DNA of 64,000 nt from an uncultured bacterium (GCA_963695095.1 CAVOFT010000001.1:3296001-3360000), one strand, 5' to 3'; positions 33,374 to 43,800 are shown, numbered from the stretch's first letter. Translations and numbers: made by a program. Notes: a model not told the origin generated them from the sequence alone.

Positions 33374-36208
33374 TTACTTGACGAGAATGATCTTCTGCAT
33401 CGCCTGCTCCGCGCTGCCGTCCGCACCGCGCAGCGAAAGCCGCGCCAGGTAGATGCCGCTGGCCAGGGGCTCGCCCGCTTCGTCGCGCGCCAGCCAGGTG
33501 GCGCGGTGCCCGCCGGAGCCCAGGGCCTCGCCGTCGAGCACCGTGGACACCAGGCGCCCCGAGGACTCGAAGATCTCCAGCGTCACCTCGCCCGCCGCCG
33601 GCAGGCTGAAGGTGAAGGTGGTCTGCGGATTGAAGGGATTGGGATAGGCCCCGGCAAAGACGAGGCCCACCGGCGCCGCACCCGCGCCGGTGCTCGGCGC
33701 CGTGAGCGCCGACTCGAAGGCGCCCAGGTCGGGCGCGCTGCCTGCGGGTCGAGGCCGCGCCTCGCCCGCCAGGTCCAGGGCCGGCGCCCCCGCCGGATCG
33801 CCGGCGCCCAGGCAGGGGCTGTCCTCCGCGAGCTGGAAGTCTCCGCCGGCCGCATCGACGAAGCGGGGATCGGCGCTGAGCTGCGTCGGCCCGCCGAGAC
33901 CCCCGGCCACCAGGCAGCTGCGCAGCTCGGCCCGCCCAGCAGCCAGGACCTCCGCCGCCACCGGGGCGAGATTGCCCCAGAGAATCGAGTTGCTGATCTC
34001 GGGCGCGGGCCCCGCGGCCGCGAGCAGCGCCAGGGCGCCGCCGCGCTCGCCGGCGCGGTTGCCCCAGCAGGTGAGCTGGCTGGCCGAGAAGCGGCCGCCA
34101 TCCACGCGCAGGGCGCCCCCCACCGGGGCCTCGTTGTCCGCGAAGAGGCAGTTGGTGACGAGCAGGTCCGCGCCCGGCGCTTCCCAGGCCAGGGCGCCGC
34201 CGCCGCGCAGGTCCCCGGGGCCGCTCTCCACCACGTTGCCGCTGAAGCGAAGGGCATCGAGCCCGGCGCTCACGCCCAGCAGCGCCATCGCGCCGCCGCG
34301 CAGCCCGGCGCGGTTGTCGAGGAAGCGGCAGCGGGCCGCGGCCAGCATGCCGCCGGCCTGACTGAGGGCTCCCCCTTCGGCGGCGGCCGTATTGGCCGCC
34401 AGCACGCAGCCGTCCAGCTCCACGCTGCCGCCGGCGACGTGCAGGGCGCCGCCGCTGCCGCCGCTGCGATTGTCGCGCAGCACGCAGCGCAGCATGCGCA
34501 GCGCGGCGTCCGTCCAGATCGCCCCGCCGCCGCCCTGCTCGGCCACGACCGTGCAGCCGGCCAGCTCGCAGTCCTCCAGGCTGAGGGCCACGCCCTCGCT
34601 GAGGATGGCGCCGCCGCGCTCGGCATCCAGGCCGTTCCAGAGGCTGAGACCCTGCAGCTTCAGGCGCGGCGATGCTCCAGGCGCTCCCGTGACGGCGAGC
34701 CGGAAGTGGCGCCGCTTGCCGCCCGCGTCCAGGATCGCGCTGCCGGCTTCGCTCGCAGCCCTGATCACCAGGTCCTTGCTTCCCGTGAAGAGCTCCGTGT
34801 TCATGCTGCCGCCGTAGCGACCGGGCAGGATCAGCACCGTGTCGCCGCTGGCGGCGGCGTTCAGGGCGAGCTGGATGGCGGCGAAGGGGCGCTCCGCGCT
34901 GCCGTCGCCCTCGTCGACGCCATGCTGGGCCGCGGCATCCACCCGCCAGAGCGGACCGGCGAAGGCCACGTCGATCCCGCCGGCGAGAAGGGCCAGGTCC
35001 TCCCGGCCGGCGGCATCGCGCACGCGCACCGTGGGCTGGTAGCGCCCGGGCCGGCGGAAGACGCGGCTGTGCGGCCCCGGCCCGGTGGCGTCCACCGTGC
35101 CGTCGCCGTCGAAATCCCACTCCCAGCTGCTCAGGCTCGACGCCGCCGTCAGCGAGCGATCCATGAACTGCGCCGCCTGCCCGCTCTGCAGGCGCTGGGC
35201 GGAGACCGCCATCGCCGCGAAGGGGCCCATGCCCTCGGGCGCGAAGGCGACCGAGCGCGTCCAGTCCCCGAAGCCGCAGCCGGCCACATAGGCGATGCGG
35301 AAGAAACCGCCCTCGCCCCAGCTTTCGCCCCAGCTGTTCTTGGCGATGAAGCAGCTCTGCGCGTCGTCGTAGCCGATGATCGCCACCGCGTGGTAGCCGA
35401 CCAGGGGGCCGGAGGCCCGGTAGACGCCCCCGGCGTAGGCGAAGAAGCCCTCGTGCACGGCCATGGTGGTGATCAGGGGGCCCTGCTCCCGCAAGGCGCG
35501 CTTGATCGCCAGGGGATCGGCAGCGGCGCAGACGAGGCCGGCCGGCGCAAAACGGAAGCGCCGGGCAGCGCTATCGGGACAGGCGAGCCGCTCGGTCGCG
35601 GCGTAGGGCAGACGGCCTTCCTCGAGGAGGCCCTCGCTCTCGGCCAGCCAGAGCGCGTCCTCGGGCCAGCCGCCCGCACAGCCCTGGCTGAGTCCGTAGT
35701 CGTCCAGGCAGGAGAGCAGCTGCTGCTCGGCGAGATCGAAGTCGGGCAGCTTTCCTCCCCGCAGCGCGCGCAGGAAGGCACTCTCGAGGGCGGCCGTGCT
35801 GGCGAAGGCCCACCCGGCCGCGCAGGGGCCCTGATCCCGCACCCCGCTGACGAAGTTGCCATTGGCCGCCCGCCAGTCGAGCCGGGCCGGCAGGCCGGCC
35901 TGGGCGCCCGGCCGCAGCGGGGCCGATGGATGCCGGGGGGGCTCGGGCCAGGGCCGCTCGCTCAGCCGCGCGCGCCGCTCGCTCGGGTCCAGGCGGAGCA
36001 TCCCGGTCTCGCCGGCCTGCCAGCGCAGCCCCTCACGCGCCAGGGCCGCCCGCAAGGTGCCCAGCTCCGCCTGCAGCGCCGCCCGGCGGCCGGCCCCCAG
36101 GGTGTCGGGCCCCAGCACCGGCGCCTGCGGCCCGGCCGCCCCGGTCGCCGCGGAGACAGCGAGGGCGATCAGCAGAGCGCAGAACCCAAGGGACCGTTGC
36201 CGGCGCAA
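33374..36208 (-). CDS. Secreted papain-like (C1) domain + PKD + beta-helix + FlgD-Ig CTD protein; catalytic Cys replaced by Gly
   Basis: AGGAG RBS and TTG start; LPARLDWR, QGPCAAGWAF, HAVAIIGY, KNSWGESWGEGGFFRI; PKD SWEWDFDGDG; YPNPFNP. Confidence 0.8.
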   Translation of the reverse strand: MRRQRSLGFCALLIALAVSAATGAAGPQAPVLGPDTLGAGRRAALQAELGTLRAALAREGLRWQAGETGMLRLDPSERRARLSERPWPEPPRHPSAPLRPGAQAGLPARLDWRAANGNFVSGVRDQGPCAAGWAFASTAALESAFLRALRGGKLPDFDLAEQQLLSCLDDYGLSQGCAGGWPEDALWLAESEGLLEEGRLPYAATERLACPDSAARRFRFAPAGLVCAAADPLAIKRALREQGPLITTMAVHEGFFAYAGGVYRASGPLVGYHAVAIIGYDDAQSCFIAKNSWGESWGEGGFFRIAYVAGCGFGDWTRSVAFAPEGMGPFAAMAVSAQRLQSGQAAQFMDRSLTAASSLSSWEWDFDGDGTVDATGPGPHSRVFRRPGRYQPTVRVRDAAGREDLALLAGGIDVAFAGPLWRVDAAAQHGVDEGDGSAERPFAAIQLALNAAASGDTVLILPGRYGGSMNTELFTGSKDLVIRAASEAGSAILDAGGKRRHFRLAVTGAPGASPRLKLQGLSLWNGLDAERGGAILSEGVALSLEDCELAGCTVVAEQGGGGAIWTDAALRMLRCVLRDNRSGGSGGALHVAGGSVELDGCVLAANTAAAEGGALSQAGGMLAAARCRFLDNRAGLRGGAMALLGVSAGLDALRFSGNVVESGPGDLRGGGALAWEAPGADLLVTNCLFADNEAPVGGALRVDGGRFSASQLTCWGNRAGERGGALALLAAAGPAPEISNSILWGNLAPVAAEVLAAGRAELRSCLVAGGLGGPTQLSADPRFVDAAGGDFQLAEDSPCLGAGDPAGAPALDLAGEARPRPAGSAPDLGAFESALTAPSTGAGAAPVGLVFAGAYPNPFNPQTTFTFSLPAAGEVTLEIFESSGRLVSTVLDGEALGSGGHRATWLARDEAGEPLASGIYLARLSLRGADGSAEQAMQKIILVK

Positions 36209-36441
36209 ACCTGCTCCTGACCGAGTTGTGGGGGGGTGTGTGCGTTGGGGAGTAGAGTGTAGCCTGAGTCGGGCCCTCGCGCGAGGGGCGCCGGGCGGGC
36301 AAGGGCAAAATACCGGTCCAGTCCTGTCGAAGCTGGAGATATCCAGTGTTGCAATTGAGAGATGTGGCAAGAAACAAGGCAATATCGGCCACTGCTCGGA
36401 GGCCGAGGGAGTGGGAAGGTAGCGGACAGCCCGGTCCGCAC

Positions 36442-37200
36442 TCATCGGAGGGCCTTGACCGCCAGGAAGACGAGGCGCCTGGCGTCGAGTTCGAAGGGCG
36501 CGCCCTCGTAATCGCCGAAGGCGCGGCAGTCGCCCAGGTTCTCGGCCTCGGCGAGGGCGCACAGCTCGCGCAGCGTGTAGAGCCGGATGCTGCTCCTGGC
36601 GCGCCGGCGCCGGCCGCCCTCCTTCGGGAAGAGGGTCCAATCCGTTTCCACGCGCCCCGCCAGCGCGTCGTAGCGGGTCTGGTTGGTGAGGATGACGCCG
36701 CCGCGCTCGCTCCACTGCTGGCGCGCGAAGCTGGGGAAGATCGTCTCCGGGCTGTGCAGGTCCATGGCAAGGACGCCGCCCGGCTTGAGCGCCCGGGCGA
36801 GCGCGCGCAGCTGGCGGCGATTGCCCTCTTCGTCGAAGTAGCCGAAGCTGCCCCACCAGCACAGCGCGAGATCGAAGCGTTCGCGCCAGCGGACGCGCCG
36901 CATGTCACCCTCCACCCAGTCCAGCTCGAGCCCCTCGGCCCGCGCCTTGCGCCGGCCGGCGGCGAGCAGGGCGGGCGTGGCGTCGAGCCCGGTCACCCGG
37001 TAGCCGCGGCGCGCGAACTCGCGGCCCAGGCGACCGTCCCCGCAGGGCGCGTCCAGCACGCGCAGGGGCGGCCGCAGGTCGAGCACGGCCTCGAGCAGGT
37101 CCACCGCGGGGCGGACCAGGGCCGGCTCGTCCATGGCCAGCTGGTAGCGCAGCCAGGGGCCGCTGAAGAAACGCTCCCACCACTCGCGCCGCTGGGCCAT
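36442..37200 (-). CDS. Class I SAM-dependent methyltransferase
   Basis: RVLDAPCGDGR, VTGLD, GDMR, SFGYF, LKPGGVL, SIRLY. Confidence 0.88.
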   Translation of the reverse strand: MAQRREWWERFFSGPWLRYQLAMDEPALVRPAVDLLEAVLDLRPPLRVLDAPCGDGRLGREFARRGYRVTGLDATPALLAAGRRKARAEGLELDWVEGDMRRVRWRERFDLALCWWGSFGYFDEEGNRRQLRALARALKPGGVLAMDLHSPETIFPSFARQQWSERGGVILTNQTRYDALAGRVETDWTLFPKEGGRRRRARSSIRLYTLRELCALAEAENLGDCRAFGDYEGAPFELDARRLVFLAVKALR

Positions 37201-37631
37201 CAGTCCTCCCTGAACACCTTGCTCACGCAGAACAGCTCGCTGCGCCCATGGTAGCCGAGGGCTTCGTAGAAGCCGAGCACGGAGCGGTTGGTCTCGAGCA
37301 CGGTGAAGGTGATCTTCACGACGCCCTCGCGCCGCCAGACGGCCTCGAGCGCCTCCATCAGCGCGCGGCCCAGCCCCTCGCCCTGGCGCTCGGGCGCCAC
37401 GGCCAGGTGCCAGAGATTGGCCCGGCGGCCGTCGAAGGTGCCCAGCGCGGCCCCCGCCAGGGCGCCGGCAGCATCCCAGGCGCCCAGGCAGGTCTCCGGG
37501 TTGCGGGCCAGGACGCGCGCCAGTTCGTCGAGACGATCGCTGGTGCCGAGCTCGATCCCCGCCCGCGCCCAGAGCGCGACGGCGGCCGGCAGGTCCGCGG
37601 CGGCCAGGGGCCGAATGCACAGGCCGCTCAC
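37200..37631 (-). CDS. GNAT acetyltransferase (YpeA-like)
   Basis: FDGRRANLWHLAVAPERQGEGLGRALM, N..VLGFYEALGY. Confidence 0.88.
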   Translation of the reverse strand: MSGLCIRPLAAADLPAAVALWARAGIELGTSDRLDELARVLARNPETCLGAWDAAGALAGAALGTFDGRRANLWHLAVAPERQGEGLGRALMEALEAVWRREGVVKITFTVLETNRSVLGFYEALGYHGRSELFCVSKVFRED

Positions 37632-38938
37632 GGCGCCTCGCCCCGCTGCTCGCGCCGCCAGGCGAGGAACTCGCGGATGCGGGCCTCGTGGCCGTGGCCG
37701 CTCGGCTCGTAGTAGCGCCGCGCGCCGATATCCTCGGGGAAGTGGTCCTGGCGCAGGCCGCCCGCGCTGTCGTCGGGCGCGTAGACGTAGCCGTCCCCGT
37801 AGCCCAGCTCCTTCATCAGTCGCGTGGGCGCGTTGCGCAGGTGCAGGGGCACGGGGGCGTCGGGCAGGGCCTCCACGTCCGCGGCCGCGGCCTTGATCGC
37901 CGTGTAGACGCGGTTGCTCTTGGGCGCCGTGGCCAGGTAGAGCACGGTCTGCGCCACCGCGGTGTCGCCCTCGGGCAGGCCCAGGAAGTGCACGGCCTGC
38001 ATGCCGGCCACGGCGAGCTGCAGCGCGCGCGGGTCGGCGTTGCCCACGTCCTCGCTGGCGAAGCGCACGAGGCGGCGCATCAGGTAGAGCGGATCCTCGC
38101 CGCTGGCCAGCATGCGCGCCGCCCAGTAGAGCGAGGCGTCGGGGTCCGAGTCGCGCAGGCTCTTGTGCAGGGCGCTGATCAGGTTGTAGTGCTCCTCGCC
38201 CGCCTTGTCGTAGCGGTGGCTGCGCCGGCGCATCAGCTCGGCGGCGGCGGCCACCTCAAGTTGCGGCGGATCGCCCGCAAGGCTCGCCGCCAGCATCTCC
38301 AGCGAGTTGAGCGCCACGCGCGCGTCGCCGTTGCTGGCGCCGGCGATGAGCGCAAGGGCGCCCGGCTCGGCGACGACCCCCTGCGCGCCGAGGCCGCGCT
38401 CCGGGTCGGACAGCGCGCGCTCGAGCAGAACCAGGATGTCCTCCTCGTCCAGCGCCTGCAGGGTGAAGACCCGGCTGCGGCTGAGCAGCGCGCTGTTGAC
38501 CTCGAAGCTCGGATTCTCGGTGGTGGCACCGACGAGGATGATCGTTCCGTCCTCGACATGGGGCAGGAAGGCATCCTGCTGGGCCCTGTTGAAGCGGTGG
38601 ATCTCGTCGACGAAGAGCAGGGTGCGCCGGCCGCTGAGGGCCTGGCGGTCCCGGGCCGCGGCGACGATGGCGCGCACCTCCTTGACGCCGGAGGTGACGG
38701 CGCTGAAGGTGGCGAACTCCGCCGCGACGATGCCCGCCAGGATGCGCGCCAGGGTGGTCTTGCCCGTGCCCGGCGGTCCCCACAGGATGAGCGAGCTGGA
38801 CAGGGCCCCGCTCTCCAGGTAGCGGCGCAGGGGCTTGCCCTCGCCGAGGAGCTGGCGCTGGCCGAGGAATTCGTCCAGATCGCGGGGCCGCATGCGCTCG
38901 GCCAGAGGGGCCGGCGCCTTGCTCGCGAAGAGGTCCAT
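37628..38938 (-). CDS. rarA: Replication-associated recombination protein A (MgsA)
   Basis: PLAERMRP, WGPPGTGKTT, FVDEIHRFN, GATTENPSF, YDKAGEEHYNLISALHKS, ASEDVG, VPLHLRNAPT. Confidence 0.95.
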   Translation of the reverse strand: MDLFASKAPAPLAERMRPRDLDEFLGQRQLLGEGKPLRRYLESGALSSSLILWGPPGTGKTTLARILAGIVAAEFATFSAVTSGVKEVRAIVAAARDRQALSGRRTLLFVDEIHRFNRAQQDAFLPHVEDGTIILVGATTENPSFEVNSALLSRSRVFTLQALDEEDILVLLERALSDPERGLGAQGVVAEPGALALIAGASNGDARVALNSLEMLAASLAGDPPQLEVAAAAELMRRRSHRYDKAGEEHYNLISALHKSLRDSDPDASLYWAARMLASGEDPLYLMRRLVRFASEDVGNADPRALQLAVAGMQAVHFLGLPEGDTAVAQTVLYLATAPKSNRVYTAIKAAAADVEALPDAPVPLHLRNAPTRLMKELGYGDGYVYAPDDSAGGLRQDHFPEDIGARRYYEPSGHGHEARIREFLAWRREQRGEAP

Positions 38939-38986
38939 GCGGCCAGGATACCAGGGCGGGGCCCCGGGCACCAGGGCCTCCCCGGC

Positions 38987-40405
38987 TCAGCGCACCCGGA
39001 AATCCGCCGGCCGCAGACCCAGCTTCTTCAGCAGCCGGTAGATGGTCTGCCGGGGCAGGCTCGCCAGGCGCGCCACTTCCGTGATGTTGCCGCGGGCGGC
39101 GCGCAGCAGCATGGTGAAGTACTCGCGCTGGAATCGCAGCTCGGCAGCGGCCTTCGCCTGCTTGTAGGAAAAGCCGGCGTAGGTTTCCGGAGCGATGAGC
39201 TGGAAGTCCGAGGCGGCCAGGGTCCCGTCGCGCTGGCGGATGAGCGCATTCTCGATCACGGTGCCCAGCTCGCGCACGTTGCCCGTCCAGGGCTGGCGCT
39301 GGAGCAGGCGCAGGGCCTCGATCTCGAGCGCCGGCACCGGGCGCTTCATCTCCCTCGCCTTGAGGGCGATCAGATGGTGGGCGAGCGGCTCGATGTCCTC
39401 GACGCGCTCGCGCAGAGGAGGCAGGTGCAGGCGCAGACCCAGCTGGAGCAGCAGGGGCTGCAGGAGGCGCCGCTCGCGCACTTCCCGCACGGGATCGCGA
39501 CTGCTGCCGGCGACGATCCTGGCTCGCAAGGGAATCTCCTGCCGGCTGCCCAGGGGGCGGAAGCGGCGCTCGGTGAGCATCCGGCTCAGCTTGTGCTGCA
39601 CTTCCAGGCTCAGCTCGGCGATCCCATCGAGGTAGACGAGCCCCTGCCCCGCTTCCTGGAGGCGGCCGACGCGGCGGCGATGAGCGTCGGCGAAGGCGCC
39701 CTGCTCGTGGCCGAAGAGCTCGCTCTCCAGGAGCGTCGGCGAAAAGGCGGCGCAGTTGATCGCCAGGAAGGGCTCGCTGGAATGCGCCCCGAGGGCATGC
39801 AGGGCGCGCGCACAGAGCTCCTTGCCCGTGCCGCTCTCACCGGTGACCAGCGCCGGCCGATCGCAGGAGGCAAGGCGCCGGATCTCCTCGCGCACGCGGA
39901 CGATGGCCGGGCTGTTGCCCAGCAGCTCCACCGCAGCGCCCTCGCCCGGCGCCTGAATGCGGATGCGCCCGCGGCGCAGCTCCAGGGCCGTGCGCAGGAT
40001 CAGCTTGAGCTCCTCCTCGCTCCAGGTCTTGGAGATGTAGTTGACGGCGCCCAGGCGCATGGCGCGCACGACGTTTCTCGGCTCGATGTGTTCCGAGATG
40101 ATGATCACCGGGATCTCGGGGTAATTGATCTGTAGATCTTCCAGGAGGTCGAACCCGGCCAGGAAGCGATCGAACTGCAGGTCGAGCAGGATCACCTCGA
40201 CGCTGTGCCCCAGGAGGTACTGCTGGGCTTGGCCGGGGCTGGCCACGTAGTCCAGCTCGTAGTCGCTGTCGAGCGCCATGTGCATGTCCGTCAGGAAGGG
40301 CTCGGGGACATCGTCTACCAGGAGAATGCGCGCCTTGGCGGCATCGGCGCCGTCGGCGATTCTCAGCGCGGTGCCATGGACGCTGTCGCCGGGCTCGAGC
40401 CCCAT
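38987..40405 (-). CDS. NtrC-like response regulator (REC-AAA+-HTH) with degenerate AAA+ motifs
   Basis: REC ILLVDD/LLD/NYISK; GESGTGKE; ESELFGHEQGAFADA; YLDGI; WTGNVREL; Fis HTH GNITEVARLA..TIYRLL. Confidence 0.85.
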   Translation of the reverse strand: MGLEPGDSVHGTALRIADGADAAKARILLVDDVPEPFLTDMHMALDSDYELDYVASPGQAQQYLLGHSVEVILLDLQFDRFLAGFDLLEDLQINYPEIPVIIISEHIEPRNVVRAMRLGAVNYISKTWSEEELKLILRTALELRRGRIRIQAPGEGAAVELLGNSPAIVRVREEIRRLASCDRPALVTGESGTGKELCARALHALGAHSSEPFLAINCAAFSPTLLESELFGHEQGAFADAHRRRVGRLQEAGQGLVYLDGIAELSLEVQHKLSRMLTERRFRPLGSRQEIPLRARIVAGSSRDPVREVRERRLLQPLLLQLGLRLHLPPLRERVEDIEPLAHHLIALKAREMKRPVPALEIEALRLLQRQPWTGNVRELGTVIENALIRQRDGTLAASDFQLIAPETYAGFSYKQAKAAAELRFQREYFTMLLRAARGNITEVARLASLPRQTIYRLLKKLGLRPADFRVR

Positions 40406-40406
40406 C

Positions 40407-40661
40407 TCAGCGACCTCCCCGCCGGTTCGCGCGCTGGCGCTTGCCCTTGGGCCCCAGCTCCGGATAGAGGGGGATGATGGGGGCCAGTCGACTCTCGACG
40501 CCGACCGCTTCATGGGAAAGCGCCGCGATCCCCGCCCGCAGGAAGCAGCGCACCCAGCGATTGAGGGTGCGCGACGGCAGTCGCCGGGCCTGGGCCAGCG
40601 CGGGAATTTCCGCCCCGCGGAGAACTTCGAGAACGAGCTCGGCCTTGTCATTGAGTGTCAT
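40407..40661 (-). CDS. Small HTH protein (transposase-HTH/DUF1153-like)
   Basis: GGGGGA RBS; KAELVLEVLRG..ALAQARRLPSRTLNRWVRCFLRAGIAAL; stop abuts the regulator start. Confidence 0.6.
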   Translation of the reverse strand: MTLNDKAELVLEVLRGAEIPALAQARRLPSRTLNRWVRCFLRAGIAALSHEAVGVESRLAPIIPLYPELGPKGKRQRANRRGGR

Positions 40662-40781
40662 GTTGATCCCCCCATTGGCCCGGCCCGGGCGGGATCGCAC
40701 ACGCGGCCAGCGTTTCTTCAACATCGGTGTGACACTGGAGTAGAAACCCCTTCGTCGAGCCTTGCTGGGATTGTCTCAATT

Positions 40782-40810
40782 AGACTAGGCCCTCCTGCCT
40801 GGGTGCTCAA
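40782..40810 (-). promoter_or_regulatory. sigma70 promoter for HTH/regulator genes
   Basis: TTGAGC-17 bp-TAGTCT in a lower-GC intergenic region. Confidence 0.5.
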
Positions 40811-40888
40811 GCCGGTAGCTAGTTCCGTACACAGAAAGGTGACACTCCTCGGGAGGAAGAATCACAGCGGAGGGAAGATTCTTGGAAG

Positions 40889-43800
40889 TTATTCCAGATT
40901 ACCCAGAAGGCGCAGGTGCAGCTGGAAACGGGCGCCGCCGAGGCTGCCCGGTCCGGGCAGGCAGGCAATCCGACCGCCGAAGCCGACGACCAGCTTGCGG
41001 GCGATCACCAGGCCGTCTCCCCCCAGGGGGACCTTGCTGCTTTCCCAGGGCTCGAAGATCCGCGCGAGCCTGCCGGGCGCGACGCCGGGACCGCTGTCCT
41101 CGAAGAGAAGGCGGAGCTGGTCGCCCTGCACTTCGGCCAGCAAGTGGAGGCGACGGGACGCGCCGGCGCTCATTGCCTCGAGCGCATTGGCAATGAGATT
41201 CTCGAAGACGATCGTGAGCTGCGCCGGCTCGAAGAACACCGGGGGCGCCTGTCCACCGAGGATGGAGAGGCTGAGTTCATCCAGTGGCGGCTCGGCCTGC
41301 AGGCAGCGTGCCAGGGCCGTCTGGAAGCAGGCCACCGGGTCCGCGCCCAGCCGCTCCGCCAGCCTCGCCTCGAGCCCACAAAGCCGGGGACCCAGGCGCT
41401 CCAGCTCCCGCGCCAGCCGGAGCCAGTCTTTCGGCCGCAGCTCCGTGCCGCTGGGCGCCAGCAGCGCTCGCAAGCTGCCGCGGCCACGGGGCTCGAGCTC
41501 TGCAGGCCAGGCTGCGTCCAGGGCTGCCAGGGGAGCGCGCAGGGCTGCCAGGTCGGCGGCGGCACGGCGGCTCGCTTCCGTTCCGCCGCGTGCGGCGAGC
41601 AGGCAGGCCTCGCGCAGGGCGCTGAAGCGCTCCCGCCTCCCCTCGCGGCAGCGCAGATCCTGCAGCAGCCCGAGCAGGAGGGCTCGGGGCTGCCAGGGCC
41701 CGATATCGGGCTCGCCCCGGCGCCGCCACCAGTAGCGTGGCCAGGGTAGCGCCAGGCCGAGCGCGAGGCCGAGAAGGGCCCCGAGACCCGGCCAGACGAA
41801 CCAATCCCGATCGCAGACGCCATGGCCCGAGCCCGGCGCGATCCGGAGCAGGAGCAGCTGGCCCATGCCGAGCAGGGCGACGCCGGACTTCCGCTGGCCG
41901 GGGGAGCAGAGCGCCAGCTCCCGGATGTCACGGGCACCGCCGGGACTCTCGTGCAGGCGCGCGCGCAGCACGAAGTGCCGATCCAGCAGCAGCAGGTCGT
42001 CGGGCAGGACGACCAGCAACTGGCTCGGGCCGTCCGCGATGAAATCCGCCGTGTGCAGGGCGAGCGGCCGCCCCGGCAGGGACCAACGGCCGCGTTCCTG
42101 GAGACGGCGGTCGTAGGCGATGAGCTCGCCCTCCCCGGCGCCGAAGCCGCCGGTCGCCAGCACGAACTCGTCGCTGCCGTCGCCGTCCAGATCGAGAACG
42201 GCCACATCCTGACAGGGCCAGGGCGGCTCGATCACCAAGGTCGGCGAGCCGTCCGCGGGACGATACTCCAGCCGTGTGTTCCCGGCCTGCCCTGACTGCA
42301 GGACCCTGAGCTCGCCCAGGACATGCTTGGCGACTTGCCTGAGCACGTGCCGCCGTAGACTCGAGCCAGGTTGGCCGCAGGCCTCGCCGCGCAGCACGCG
42401 GCCTTCGCCATCCAGATCGAGACACCAGCTCGTGCCGGCCGCCTGCAGACCCGGTGGCGGCCGCGGTCCCGCGCTCGCGGCCACGGAGACCAGCAGTTCG
42501 AGCTGTCCATCGGCGTCCAGATCGGCGAGGCCCTCCAGATGGGCGGGGCCGGAGAGATCGCGCTGCCACAGGATCCCCCGCGCCGGCGAGTAGGCGAGGA
42601 GGCCGCCAGGCGGGTCCAGGCCCGCCTGCGTGTAGGCGAACAAGAAGCCCTCGTCCTCCGGCAACGCGAGCATCTGATTGAAGCGCGGCGCCGGAAAGCC
42701 GGCAGCCGGCCGGGCGGCCGCGGGCAGCGCCAGCAGGCGTTCCGTTCCCGCCGCCTGCGTTGGGGATGCCAGCCGGAGCCTATGCAGCTCGAGAGCGTCG
42801 TCGGCCCAGCGGCTGAGCAGGATCTGCCTCCGCCCGCTGCCGTCCAGGTCCGCTGCGCCCAGGAGGCTCCAGCTGCCGGCACTGGCCAGGGGGATCGACT
42901 CGGACCCAGCCCGCCCTTGCGCCCTTTGCAGCAGCAGCCAGCTTGCCGAAGACGACTCGCTGTGGAGCAGGAGAGCGGCATTGTCCGCACTATCTCCCTC
43001 CAGGTCCGCGCAGAGCAGGTGGGCCGTCGCCGCCTCGAAGGTGATCGACTCCTGCACGCGGAAGTGATGCGTGGTCGGACCTCTCGGCTCAGTGCTGCCG
43101 GCGGGCCGAGCGGCAGCCAGAAGCGCCATCAGCGCGAGCAGGCCGGCCACTGCGCTGCGGGTTCTCGCGGTGGGCCTGCCCTCGTCCCGCATGGGCAGTC
43201 GCAGTCGCAGGGCATCGCCTTCCCGCCGAGCGTCGGCGAGCTCCGATTGCCGCTCGCTGAAGGCTGCCCAGCGCGCCGCCGTCGCCTCGCTGTCACTGCC
43301 GCCCGGCGTTTCGGCACTGAGCTGGAGGACATCCCGCTCTACAGCGAGACAGAGCCGCAGCGACACCCCGCCTTCCCGCGGAATGCGGGTCAAGCCGATC
43401 TCCACGAGGCCGCTGATCGCGTCTGCGAATTCTGCGAATCTCAGATTGAGACGACGCTGCGCGAGGTCGCCGGTCAATCGGAGCTCGAAAGGGACCCCGG
43501 CGGCGGCGGTCAGTCCCTGGAGCGTGGGCAGCAGCTGCAGCAGCTGGTCGAGCACCGGCTTCTGCGCCCGCAAGCGGACGCGCTCGGCGAGCGCCCGCGA
43601 GCATTGGCTCAAGTCCTGACAGCGATCTTGCAGTTCTGCGCCCTGCTCGATGGCGACTGCCCGCGGGTCCCCATCGGCTCGAAGCCGTCCCAGCGCCTCC
43701 CGCAGTGCGCTGGCGCCGGCGAGCACCCTCTCCGCTTCCGGGTCGTCGCCGAGAATGCGGCCTGCCAGCGGCGCCAGCTTGAGCAGTTCGCCCAGCGTCT

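Noticed and set aside
40407..40661. IS element suggested by the transposase-like HTH
   Set aside because: No DDE domain, terminal inverted repeats or target-site duplication; the gene is coupled to the regulator
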